From Planctomycetota bacterium (GTDB lineage Bacteria > Planctomycetota > UBA8108 > SXIK01), in contig CBDCXR010000004.1 in assembly GCA_965223845.1 (NCBI GenBank), positions 5,984,001 to 6,048,000 on the forward strand: 64,000 nt of DNA. Direction: 5' to 3'. Both the position numbers and the translations under genes were made by a program. Shown here one piece after another: positions 1-9,281 of this stretch. The notes under the pieces were generated by a model that saw only the letters and a program-made list of their open reading frames with translations, did not search any database and was not told the DNA's origin. Numbering within the stretch: position 1 is the stretch's first letter; the number at the start of each line of letters is the position of its first letter.

Positions 1-4
1 ACAG

Positions 5-1774
5 GTGTTTGGCACTGCGGATCCTGGTCCGAATCTCGTGTCGCTCGAGATTCCGGATCCCAATGACCCTGCCGACGACCGCGGCAGTTTTGTCAATTCT
101 TGGTCAGGAGTCGAGTGCGACACAAAGTTCCTTTTCTACTATCCGAGCGATATCGCTGATTCTCGGAGGCTGCCCGCTATTTGCTTTCTACATCTGTGTT
201 GTCGAGTAGAGGGGTCATACGACGAATACCGTCAGGTTCTGGGTGGAGTCGCAGAGCAGGGCTTTATCGTTGTCAGTGTGAACAAAGAAAGCAACGGGCT
301 CTGGTTCCCTGGTCATTGTAATCCTGGACAGGCGCAGTCATGCGAGGACTCCGGGATTCTCGCGCAGCTCGGGTATGGTCGAGCTTCGGGCTTTCAGGAA
401 GCGGCTTGGACGCGGCTCGAAGAATTGAATCGTGATCCGAGCTCAGCCCTGTTTGGACGCGTCGATTCGGACAACGTGTTCTTTGCCGGTCATTCCCGCG
501 GTGGAGCGACCACGTGGTTGAATTCGGTTTTCCTCGCCGATCGAATCCGGGGGATTATCCCGATCATGCCCACCGATCCGCGCCGAGAGGTTTGCCTTGT
601 ACCGAATCACCTGCCACCGGATTGGTTCCCTCCGCTGCCGACCCTTGCGATCAGCGCAGAACGAGACGTCGATGCCACGTTCGCCCAGCCAGACGGAATG
701 GTCGAAACGGCCCTCGAATCCGGAGGTGCCCGAACTCACGTGACACTCTACGGGGCGAAACACACCTACATGCTGGACGAACGAGTCGGCGAAAGCGAGC
801 GTCCGTGTTTAAATGATGGAACCCCCTTGCTTGCGAATCGAGTCTCGATCTCACGCGAGGAGGAGCACAAGCGAATTCGCCATTGGATAGTCGCGTTTCT
901 TAATCGACAAGCGCTCGGAGATCTCCGGCTTGAAGGGCAACTCTATTTGAACGAGCAGTCATTGAATCCGGACGCAGGAACGAGTCAGCACGCCGTGTAC
1001 GGTCGTCGCGATTTGTGTGTCGGTGAGACTTTGCTCGTTGATGATCATGAAAACGAAGATTCGGGCGAGAACCGGCTCGGCGGCTCCAACGTACTCGGGG
1101 GTTCGCTGGCATGCGACTGTCAACAGTGCGCGGCGTGTTCTGGGGAATCGGACAGCTACCACACCGGCGGAAACGGCAAGCATCTCGTACTTGCCTTTTC
1201 AGACGCGATGCTGGGGACTCACACGTGGGAGACGCCGCCGGGATCGTCTGAGGACGTCGAACGATTTCAATATCTAACGTTTCGGCTTCGACAATTCGAG
1301 ACCGGGTCGGGAAGACCCGATCCTGCGAACGACTTGCCGAATTGGGGACCCTACGGGATTGGGACGGTTCACTGGGACGACTGGATCAGTTCCTTCAAGA
1401 TCGTCCTCGTCGGCGGGCCTCCAGAAAACTCAGTGGGCTCGTTCGATCTCGTTCCCCATTTTCCTGTGCCCAATCCGTGCCAATTGACCGCGGCGTCGCA
1501 GAACTGCTTCGACGATCCAGATATGGACTGTCCGGATGCAAACTCGTGTCTCGACGGCGGTATCCCCGCAAATTGCGGAAGTGGGACTCAGCAGCGGTTC
1601 CACGGATTCTCGATTCCACTTATGGAGTTCGTCGGTGGGAATGACGACGACCCTTTGTTTGGTCTCAACGAGATCACGGCCGTACGTTTCGAGATCACGC
1701 CCAAAGATGACTCGGAATTTGCGCTATCCCTTGCCGACATGCGGATCGCAGTCGACGACGTTCGATTCGAGTGA
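5..1774 (+). CDS. Alpha/beta-hydrolase (chlorophyllase/dienelactone-hydrolase-like fold) with Cys-rich inserts and a C-terminal beta-sandwich; probably 5'-truncated by the window edge
   Basis: Nucleophile elbow FAGHSRGG, candidate acid in LAISAERDVD, His in LYGAKH, and the typical AEQGFIVVSV segment. The frame is open from the window edge. GC is visibly lower than in the rest of the window. Confidence 0.75.
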   Translation: MFGTADPGPNLVSLEIPDPNDPADDRGSFVNSWSGVECDTKFLFYYPSDIADSRRLPAICFLHLCCRVEGSYDEYRQVLGGVAEQGFIVVSVNKESNGLWFPGHCNPGQAQSCEDSGILAQLGYGRASGFQEAAWTRLEELNRDPSSALFGRVDSDNVFFAGHSRGGATTWLNSVFLADRIRGIIPIMPTDPRREVCLVPNHLPPDWFPPLPTLAISAERDVDATFAQPDGMVETALESGGARTHVTLYGAKHTYMLDERVGESERPCLNDGTPLLANRVSISREEEHKRIRHWIVAFLNRQALGDLRLEGQLYLNEQSLNPDAGTSQHAVYGRRDLCVGETLLVDDHENEDSGENRLGGSNVLGGSLACDCQQCAACSGESDSYHTGGNGKHLVLAFSDAMLGTHTWETPPGSSEDVERFQYLTFRLRQFETGSGRPDPANDLPNWGPYGIGTVHWDDWISSFKIVLVGGPPENSVGSFDLVPHFPVPNPCQLTAASQNCFDDPDMDCPDANSCLDGGIPANCGSGTQQRFHGFSIPLMEFVGGNDDDPLFGLNEITAVRFEITPKDDSEFALSLADMRIAVDDVRFE

Positions 1775-2069
1775 CGAAATCTCCTGCCCTTTCGCTTCGG
1801 GCGGCGTCGTGCCAGATCGTTTTCGAGATCCGAGGTCGACCGGGATCCCGGATGATCTCACCCGCCGCGGAACTTTCTTCCCGCCCCGGCCTTTACGCGG
1901 AGGGCAGCCTCGCCGAATCTGGTGAGGAACTGGGTTAGGCTCAACCATGGGTGCCTTGCGGATGGCGACCGGATGATCCGGCGCGACTCTGCCGAGGCAT
2001 CGCGATCACATCGCCTCGAGGGTCTCGCGTGGGGACGCGTCGGCGGTGGTGGAACGATAGGAGGCCAGG

Positions 2070-2738
2070 ATGGGACTTACTTTGGGGTTCAACGAACGGC
2101 GCGTGCTCGGGACCCTGATCGAAAAGGCGTTCACGACTCCGCAGCAGTGTCCGCTCACGCTCAACAGCCTCGTCAACGGCTGCAATCAGAAGAGCTGCCG
2201 CGATCCGATGTCGTACCTCGACGAGTCGGAGATCTTCGACGCGCTCGAGAACCTCCGCGAAGCGGGTTTCGCCGTCCTCGTTCGTTCGAGTGGATCGCAG
2301 GTCGATCGCTGGAAGCAGAAGGTCGGCGAGGCGCTCGAGCTCGAATCGCGCGAGGTCGCCGTTCTCGCCGAGCTTCTTCTTCGAGGACCGCAAACGGACG
2401 GCGAGATCCGCCAGCGCGCGAGTCGCATGGTGAAGATCGGGAGCCTCGACGACGTCGGCGAAGCGCTGAACGCGCTCGCGAGCCACGATCCCCCGCTCGC
2501 CGCCTGTCTCACTCCGGGGCGGAAGCGCGGCGTCAAGTACGGCCACACTCTCTATCCCGAGGGTGAGGCGCCCGAGATCGAGGAGAGTTCGGCCGAGACT
2601 CCCGCTGCGCCGCGACGGACGGCGGCAGCGTCGCCCGCCGTGGCCGAGAAGCTCGAAGCGCTCGAGGAAACGGTCGACGGCCTTCGGCGCGAGCTCGCGG
2701 AGCTCACGGAGCGCGTCGCGCGCCTCGAAGGCGGGTAA
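2070..2738 (+). CDS. yceH: YceH/DUF480 family protein
   Basis: ERRVLGTLIEKAFTTPQQCPLTLNSLVNGCNQKSCRDP and LAELLLRGPQTDGEIR motifs; C-terminal coiled coil; AGGAGG RBS upstream. Confidence 0.9.
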   Translation: MGLTLGFNERRVLGTLIEKAFTTPQQCPLTLNSLVNGCNQKSCRDPMSYLDESEIFDALENLREAGFAVLVRSSGSQVDRWKQKVGEALELESREVAVLAELLLRGPQTDGEIRQRASRMVKIGSLDDVGEALNALASHDPPLAACLTPGRKRGVKYGHTLYPEGEAPEIEESSAETPAAPRRTAAASPAVAEKLEALEETVDGLRRELAELTERVARLEGG

Positions 2739-2763
2739 GCGATCACGCGCGATCCGATGCGAG

Positions 2764-3579
2764 TCACGCTGCGTGGATCTCACGCCGCGAAAATATCCAC
2801 GCGCCGATCGCGGTGAAGCCGGCTCCGCAGCCGGTGAGTGCCGCGAAATGTCCCCACGGCCATTCGCCGCCGTGGAGGACGTAGACCGGACGGTAGTAGC
2901 TGAGAAAGCTGAGGAACCCGAGCCGCGACGCCGGTTCCCACATCTCCGCGAGGAAGCTGATCAGAAACGAGCCGACGATCGCGACGAGCACGACACCCAT
3001 CACCTTGACGCGCTGGTTCGAGACGGCCGAGCACGCGACCGTGAGACCTGCCACCGCCCCGAGGACGAAGAAGAGGTTCATCGCGACGCCCGCGATGGTG
3101 CCGAGCGGCGGAAGGTCGTTCCCCGAGAGCGCGACGCCGGCGAGAAAACCACCGGCGGTGCACGCGACGAGGAGCGCCGCCGACCCGCACCAAACGATGA
3201 GCTCCGCAAGAAGAATCATCGCGCGGGACGCTGGAAGCGTAAGGAGAAGATCCGCGGTACCGCGGTCGACCTCTCCGGCGGGAACGCGCGACAGCTGGAT
3301 CGCGACGTGCGCGAATGAAAGCGTGAGCACGATCGGATGCGCCCACGGGAGAACCAGGAGAAGATCGACGCCGTCGTCCGCGGCGATGTTGACTCCCATG
3401 AGCGCACTCATCAGCGCGCGGACAAACGGGATCTTTGTGATCGTCGCAACGATCGAATCGTCTTGGAAGAAGGGGAGCACGTAGGTCAGGAGAAGCTCGA
3501 CGCCGATGAGGCCGGCGCCGAGGAGGAGTGTCGTCCGCCAGGTTTCTCGGACGGCTTTTTCGACGAGCCCGCGGAGCAT
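2764..3579 (-). CDS. ABC-2 type transporter permease
   Basis: About six TM segments and the AGEVDRGTADLLLTLPASR motif. The real start (MLRGLVEK) overlaps the upstream ATPase stop (TGATG at 3577-3581). Confidence 0.85.
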   Translation of the reverse strand: MLRGLVEKAVRETWRTTLLLGAGLIGVELLLTYVLPFFQDDSIVATITKIPFVRALMSALMGVNIAADDGVDLLLVLPWAHPIVLTLSFAHVAIQLSRVPAGEVDRGTADLLLTLPASRAMILLAELIVWCGSAALLVACTAGGFLAGVALSGNDLPPLGTIAGVAMNLFFVLGAVAGLTVACSAVSNQRVKVMGVVLVAIVGSFLISFLAEMWEPASRLGFLSFLSYYRPVYVLHGGEWPWGHFAALTGCGAGFTAIGAWIFSRREIHAA

Positions 3580-4469
3580 CAGCGGTAGTACTCCTGAAAG
3601 ACGGTCTCTAGATCCGGCGGCGAGATCGACACGTCGCCGATCGCGCCTCGGTCGACACTCCGGATCCACTCGAGGAGGGCGGACGCGTCGCCGTGGAACG
3701 CGAGGCGCCACACGGATTCCCGTCGTGAGGTGACCTCGACGCTCGGCGGAAGGGAGTCGTCATCCGCCGTTGACTCGCCCCGCCACGTGACGACCGCCTC
3801 GCGCCGCGCGCGCGTGCGGAGTTCTTCGATCGTCGACTCGGCGACCGTGCGCCCTTCCTTGAGGATCACGACGCGCTCGCACACGCGTTCGACCTCGCTC
3901 AGGGTGTGGCTGGAGAAGAGCACGGTCGCGCCGGCGTCGGCTCGCTCTCGAAGAAGTGCCTTCAGCGCTTCCTGAACGAGGGGATCGAGACCCGACGTCG
4001 GCTCATCCAGAATGAGAAGCCGCGGCGAGTGAGCGAGGGCAAGCACGAGCCCGAGCTTCTGCCGCGTGCCGCGCGACATCCGTCCGGCCGGAAGCGTAGG
4101 GTCGAGGCCAAGCCGCTCGGCGAGCGAAAGCCCGACCGAGCGAAGGTCGCGCCCGCGGATCCGGCCGAACATTCCGAGAGCGACCTCGGCGGACAGCCGC
4201 GGATAGAGGCGCAAATCACCGGGGAGATAGCCGATCTCGTTTCGGACCCCGGGGCCGTGTTCCTTCGCGCGACGACCAAAGAGTCGCACGTCGCCCGACG
4301 ACGCCTTGAGGAGCCCGAGAACCACCCGAAGCGCGGTCGTCTTCCCCGCACCGTTCGGCCCGAGAAACCCGACGATCTCCCCTTCGCCGAGCGAAATCGA
4401 CAAGCCGTCGAGCGCGAGGTGGCGGCCGTAGTACTTCGTTAGGTTTTGTGTCTCGAGAAGGAGATTCAC
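3579..4469 (-). CDS. ABC transporter ATP-binding protein (CcmA/DrrA-like)
   Basis: Walker A GPNGAGKTT, signature MSRGTRQK, Walker B LLILDEPTSGLDP, H-loop SSH. Confidence 0.95.
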   Translation of the reverse strand: MNLLLETQNLTKYYGRHLALDGLSISLGEGEIVGFLGPNGAGKTTALRVVLGLLKASSGDVRLFGRRAKEHGPGVRNEIGYLPGDLRLYPRLSAEVALGMFGRIRGRDLRSVGLSLAERLGLDPTLPAGRMSRGTRQKLGLVLALAHSPRLLILDEPTSGLDPLVQEALKALLRERADAGATVLFSSHTLSEVERVCERVVILKEGRTVAESTIEELRTRARREAVVTWRGESTADDDSLPPSVEVTSRRESVWRLAFHGDASALLEWIRSVDRGAIGDVSISPPDLETVFQEYYR

Positions 4470-4626
4470 ACGAAGAGCGCGAAGGACCGCGAAGAAAGAC
4501 GAAGGAAGAAGGGGGAGTAAATCAGACGTGTAGAAAAAGCGAGCGCGAAGCTCCCTCGCCCAATTAGCTAACTAAATCTCTATCTATCTCTTTCTCCCCC
4601 TTCGTCTTCCTTCGCGCTCTCCGTGT
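4468..4626. repeat. REP/MITE-like long imperfect inverted repeat filling an intergenic gap
   Basis: Left arm ACACGAAGAGCGCGAAGGA...GAAGGGGGAG (4468-4517) is complementary to right arm CTCCCCCTTCGTCTTCCTTCGCGCTCTCCGTGT (4594-4626); AT-rich loop between them. Confidence 0.7.
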
Positions 4627-6252
4627 TCAATCTGCTAGAAGAGGAAGCTCAAGACAAGCCGCCTCCTTGTCCGTCCGAATGAGAAGATACGGCGCCGCAA
4701 GCGCGGGAGGGTTCCACATCTTGTCGTCGAGACCGATCACGCGGATCAACTCGCGGTATTCGTCGGGATTCGGCTCGATGAGCGCGATCTCACCGGTCGT
4801 TTCCACCGTCGCGATGATCAAATCGGAAGTCGCGATGAGCTGGCCGTGCCCGATCCGTCCGGCTTTCCAGCGCCGCTCGCCCGTCGCCGGATCGAGGCAG
4901 ACCATAATCCCGTCGTCGAGACCGTAGACGTAACCGTCGAGCTCGAAGAAGTTCGAGAACTTCGCCTTGAGGCTCTTCGTCTTCCAGATCGCCTTCGACG
5001 TGAGCGAGCCGTCCGCGGCCGCCGCGATTTCGAAGAGCGCGCAGCCGATTCCATAACCGGCCGAGACGAGGACGCGATCGGAACCGATCGGCACGGGCTG
5101 CGCGACTTTCGGCCGAGAACCGGGCCAATCCTCACGCCAGAGCACGCGACCGGTATCCGGTGCGTGGGCGGCCACCGAGCGGCCGTTGAGGACGAGGATC
5201 TGCGGAACGCCCGCGACCGTGTGGAGGCTCGGCGAGCTGTAACCGTAGCTCGCGTCCCCCTCGCTCCAGCGCGGCTCCCCGCTCTCGCGATCGAACGCGA
5301 GGAGCGAGCTACCGCTGCCGGCGACCGTCACGATGCAGAGATCGTCCGTGAGAAGTGGCGAACTGCTGAGACCCCACTCGGGGACCATCGATTCCTTGTC
5401 CGGTGCGATGTCACGCGACCACACGGGTTGTCCGGATTCGAGCTCGAGACAGCTCAGCCGTCCGAGCGAACCGAGTGTGTAGACGCGGTCGCCCGAGATC
5501 GTCGGTGTCGCGCGCGGTCCGATTCCGCCGAGCACGGTCTCGTATCGACCTGCATCGGAGTGTGACCAGAGCGGGTCACCGGTCGTGAGCGCGTAGGCGG
5601 TGACGAGTTCGTTCTCGCCGCGCTGTTCCTGCGTGACCGCGATGTCTCCCGCGACGGCGAACCCGGACCAGCCGGATCCGATCTTGCGGCGCCAGACGAC
5701 GATCGGCGGCTCTTCCCTCCAGTTGCGCGCGATCTCGATCCAGCGGGCCTTCCCGTCCCGGTTGTCGCCGAGAAACTGTCGCCAATCGCTCCGCACGCGA
5801 GGCGGAGGCACCGGGGCCGACGAGGTATCCGGCGGAAGCGGGGTCGCCTCGAGTGCGCGGTCGGGCTTCTTCGCGAACCGCCATCCGATGATCGGGACCA
5901 TGTCCCCGGTCACTTGCTCGATGCGAAAGAGCGTCGCGCTTCCGCCGATGACGATGATTGCGCCGATCGCGATCCCCACGCGCGTTCGCCGCCGAAGCGG
6001 CGAGAGGAGTACGCACCAGATGAGAAACAGCGCTCCTCCCACGAGCGCGGATGCCAACGAAAGGAGCACTTTCATCTGCCGATCGGTGTCCCAGAACAGC
6101 CACGCCCAGGCGAGAAGAAGTGCGAGCGCGAAGAGGAGGGCGAGCGGGATCGCATTGACGAACGCGCGAACGAGAAGCCGGCTCGCGCTCGGCGGGCGCG
6201 GTGAGGCCGAGCCGCTCGACGCGGGCGTTCCTTGCGACGATGGATCGTTCAC
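4627..6252 (-). CDS. Membrane-anchored PQQ-binding-like (BamB-like) beta-propeller protein
   Basis: Three N-terminal TM helices, then DWRQFLGDNRDG, GWSGFAV, GPRATPTI, SSSPL, GYSSP and WNPPALA motifs typical of planctomycete PQQ_2 proteins. Confidence 0.85.
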   Translation of the reverse strand: MNDPSSQGTPASSGSASPRPPSASRLLVRAFVNAIPLALLFALALLLAWAWLFWDTDRQMKVLLSLASALVGGALFLIWCVLLSPLRRRTRVGIAIGAIIVIGGSATLFRIEQVTGDMVPIIGWRFAKKPDRALEATPLPPDTSSAPVPPPRVRSDWRQFLGDNRDGKARWIEIARNWREEPPIVVWRRKIGSGWSGFAVAGDIAVTQEQRGENELVTAYALTTGDPLWSHSDAGRYETVLGGIGPRATPTISGDRVYTLGSLGRLSCLELESGQPVWSRDIAPDKESMVPEWGLSSSPLLTDDLCIVTVAGSGSSLLAFDRESGEPRWSEGDASYGYSSPSLHTVAGVPQILVLNGRSVAAHAPDTGRVLWREDWPGSRPKVAQPVPIGSDRVLVSAGYGIGCALFEIAAAADGSLTSKAIWKTKSLKAKFSNFFELDGYVYGLDDGIMVCLDPATGERRWKAGRIGHGQLIATSDLIIATVETTGEIALIEPNPDEYRELIRVIGLDDKMWNPPALAAPYLLIRTDKEAACLELPLLAD

Positions 6253-6291
6253 GCGATTCTCCTTCGCGGCGATTTCGGGCGAGTCGCCACG

Positions 6292-8859
6292 CTACTCCTT
6301 GTCGCCGCCGAGGATGCCGTCGAGAACTCCCTTGACGCCATCGGGGCCGAGAACACCGCCCGATTTCTTGTCGCCGTCTTTCGAGGCATCGTTTTCGGCA
6401 CCCGGAAGTCGAAGCTTCGGAACCGCTTCGCCGATTGCCGATTCGAGCGCTCCTCTGAGGTCGAGCTTGTCGAGCTTCGCGTCGAACGCGAGCTTCGGCG
6501 CGGTGAGGCTCCCCTGGAGACGAAGCGGTAAGGTCTCCATGCCGAGGACCTTTCGTGCCTGCGAGAAGATCGCGCGCGCTTTCTTGTCGCCGATCGCGCT
6601 CTCGACGGCGGAGAGCTCGACGGCGTAGTCGATGCGTCCATCGAGCCACGTCGCCCCGCGAAGGGCGAGCCCCTGAATCGAGCCGCCTTCCTTCGACTGA
6701 ACAAAGAGCTTTCCGGCGTCGATCTTTCCCGAACCGATGCTGAATTCCGAGCCGAGTTGCTCGAGACGTACCGAGGAGAGGTCCGCCTTGAGAAGCGCGG
6801 CGAGCTCCGTGAAGAGCTTCGAGCCGCTGATCGTCGCGTCGCCGATGTTCAGCGCACCGCTTCCCTTGAGCGCCGAGGTGAGGTCCGCAAGCTCGAATCC
6901 CTGTCCTTCCAGCTGGAGTGCGCCGTCGAGAAAACCGCCGAGCGCCGCGCCCTCCCCGTCGAGCGAGAGCATCGGGAGAATGAACGAGAGGAGCGGAGTC
7001 ATTTCGTAATTCGCGGCGACGCGCGCGAGCGACGCGTCCACCTTGAATCCCGTCTTCGGCGTCGTCGTATCGAGCGAGACTTCCTTTGCGGCGAGCTCGC
7101 CGCCGTTGATCGCCGCCTTCGCGTTGGTGACGACGAAGCGCCCGCGATCCGCCGCAAGCGCGCTCTCGATGTCTCCGATGGAGATTCCGTACGACCGGAC
7201 GCCGCCTTCGACTTCGAGTCGACTCGAGAGAGTCGTCGCCTCGACGATCGGCTTCTCGCCGCCGAGAACCGTGTCGAGAACGAGCCCTGAGAGCGTCGCT
7301 CGGGTTCCGGGTTTCACGGAGACGTTCGCCGGGACGATTCCGGTTTCCTCGATTCCAGCCGGGACAACGAGTCCGGCCGAGCCGGCGAGCTTCACACGAT
7401 TGGCTTCGCCTTCGGCGGCTGCGCTTCCCGTCGCGTCGAGCTGAATGTGCTTTCCCGCGAGCGTGAGCTTCGGGATCTCGATTTCGCGCGGGCTCGCGCC
7501 GAGGCGAATCTCGACTCGCCCCGTGAGCGAAGGCTCATCGATGACGATGGGTTTCTTCGGCGCCGGGGGCTCTTCGGTCTGGGTTTCCGCGGCGGGGGAA
7601 TCCCCTTCCTCCGCCGCGTCTGCCGGCGCTTCCGCGAGCGTGTGCTCGATTCGCCCGCCGTCGAGCGCGAGATCGACGTCGATGGCGAGCCCCGCGAGCG
7701 CGGCTTCAGCGTCGGCGAGGATCGCGTCGAGAGAGGTCGGACCTTCGACGACGACGGTGCCGTGAAAGTCCCCCGCGACGCTCGTCGTCGGCAGAGCATC
7801 GCGAAGCGCTCCGACGGCGCTCGTAAGAGCGCCCAGGTCGGCGTGGTAGGGAATCTTTACGGCGAGTCCCTTCTCGCTCGACGGCTTGACGGGAAGATCG
7901 AACTCGATCCCCTTCCAGCCGATGTAACCCGCGTCGAGAGTCGATTCGGCGTGCACGACTCCGTTCTCGGTCCGGACGGAGAACTCCCCGTCGATCGGGC
8001 GGTCGGGCGGCGTGACGTTCGCGAGCTTCTCGATCAGCGCGGCGAGCGGCCGCAGGTCGACGCCCTTCGCGGCGCCCTTCGCTTCGAGCTGGAGCGCCTC
8101 GAGCGGCGCACCGACGACGAGCTCACGGACGAGAATGTCGGCGGTGAGGGTGCCTGGAGCACCTCCACCGGCCGAGAGCGCCGCCGCGAATTTCGCCGTC
8201 GCGTTCGCATCCTTCACTTCGAAGCTCGTCTCGATCCCGTCGATTCGAGACGACGTCCCGAGTTCGTCGTCGACGTAGTCGATCCGGCCACCGGTTACTC
8301 GAAGCACGATCGGGCGCGGCGTCTTCAGCTCGACTTTCTTTTCCTCGCTCGTCGGCGGGCTCGGCTGGGGTGCCGGAGGCTGGGGCCCCGATCCGGTCTC
8401 GCTTCGCTTGACGATCTCTTCGAAGTTGAAGGTTCCGTCCTTCCGTTTGTGAAGGCGCGCGACGGGACGCGAGACTTCGACTTCCACCGGGTCGCTTCCG
8501 AAAACGAGGTTCCAGAGGCTGTTCTTTACCGTGAGGCCCTCGAGCTCGACGACGTTCTCCTCCGGAGGGAAGCCCGGCGGCGGGCCGATCGAGAGCTTCT
8601 CCACCTTCTGCTCGCTCGTCCAGGCGAACTGGGTCGCTTCGATCGCGAGTTCGGCGTTGAGCGATTCGTTGATCGAGCCGACAACTCCCGCGCGCATCGA
8701 CGAGACGACCGTTGGCGCGAGAGAGATCCCGATTCCCACGAGGATGAGCAGCAAGACGCAGAGCCAGACGAGAGCGCGTAGCCAACGACGACGACGGCGC
8801 TTCGGCGGCGCGGGGGTCTGCTCTTCGGACTGAAACTCAACGGGCTCGGTGGAACTCAT
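6292..8859 (-). CDS. AsmA-like/DUF748-type protein
   Basis: N-terminal basic stretch plus single TM helix, beta-rich body, RKDGTFNFEEI motif, C-terminal GATWLDGRIDY...PLRLQGSLTAPKL and amphipathic tail. Confidence 0.65.
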   Translation of the reverse strand: MSSTEPVEFQSEEQTPAPPKRRRRRWLRALVWLCVLLLILVGIGISLAPTVVSSMRAGVVGSINESLNAELAIEATQFAWTSEQKVEKLSIGPPPGFPPEENVVELEGLTVKNSLWNLVFGSDPVEVEVSRPVARLHKRKDGTFNFEEIVKRSETGSGPQPPAPQPSPPTSEEKKVELKTPRPIVLRVTGGRIDYVDDELGTSSRIDGIETSFEVKDANATAKFAAALSAGGGAPGTLTADILVRELVVGAPLEALQLEAKGAAKGVDLRPLAALIEKLANVTPPDRPIDGEFSVRTENGVVHAESTLDAGYIGWKGIEFDLPVKPSSEKGLAVKIPYHADLGALTSAVGALRDALPTTSVAGDFHGTVVVEGPTSLDAILADAEAALAGLAIDVDLALDGGRIEHTLAEAPADAAEEGDSPAAETQTEEPPAPKKPIVIDEPSLTGRVEIRLGASPREIEIPKLTLAGKHIQLDATGSAAAEGEANRVKLAGSAGLVVPAGIEETGIVPANVSVKPGTRATLSGLVLDTVLGGEKPIVEATTLSSRLEVEGGVRSYGISIGDIESALAADRGRFVVTNAKAAINGGELAAKEVSLDTTTPKTGFKVDASLARVAANYEMTPLLSFILPMLSLDGEGAALGGFLDGALQLEGQGFELADLTSALKGSGALNIGDATISGSKLFTELAALLKADLSSVRLEQLGSEFSIGSGKIDAGKLFVQSKEGGSIQGLALRGATWLDGRIDYAVELSAVESAIGDKKARAIFSQARKVLGMETLPLRLQGSLTAPKLAFDAKLDKLDLRGALESAIGEAVPKLRLPGAENDASKDGDKKSGGVLGPDGVKGVLDGILGGDKE

Positions 8860-9281
8860 GTGTGGCCTCCTCTGAAGTGTCGTGCGAGCGCGCCGCCCGC
8901 CGTCGCGGGTGAGTCCTCGCCGACGGCTCCAGGATCCTCGCAGCTCGTCCGATCGATCGCAAGCCGGAGGAGTCGGTGCTCGTGATCGGGAAATCCCGGA
9001 CGAAGACGCCGTGGCGGGCGGAGTGTCGAGCCGATTCCGCGAAGCACGGCGAGATCAGAAGCGCCCGAGGGGCTACGACCTCCTGATCGCCGTATCCTGC
9101 TTAGAGCGCTAGTGCGCGCCGACGGTCTTACTGCACGGAAAGGTCAGTCAGCCCGAAAACTCGCTGCGGTACCGATCCGACGGACGACCCTCTCGCCGAG
9201 TGTGTGGAGTCGCCGAACCCATGCTGAAACGGGCGGACCTTTCCGCGAACTTCGCGTCCGTCAAAAACGTCCGCACCCAAC

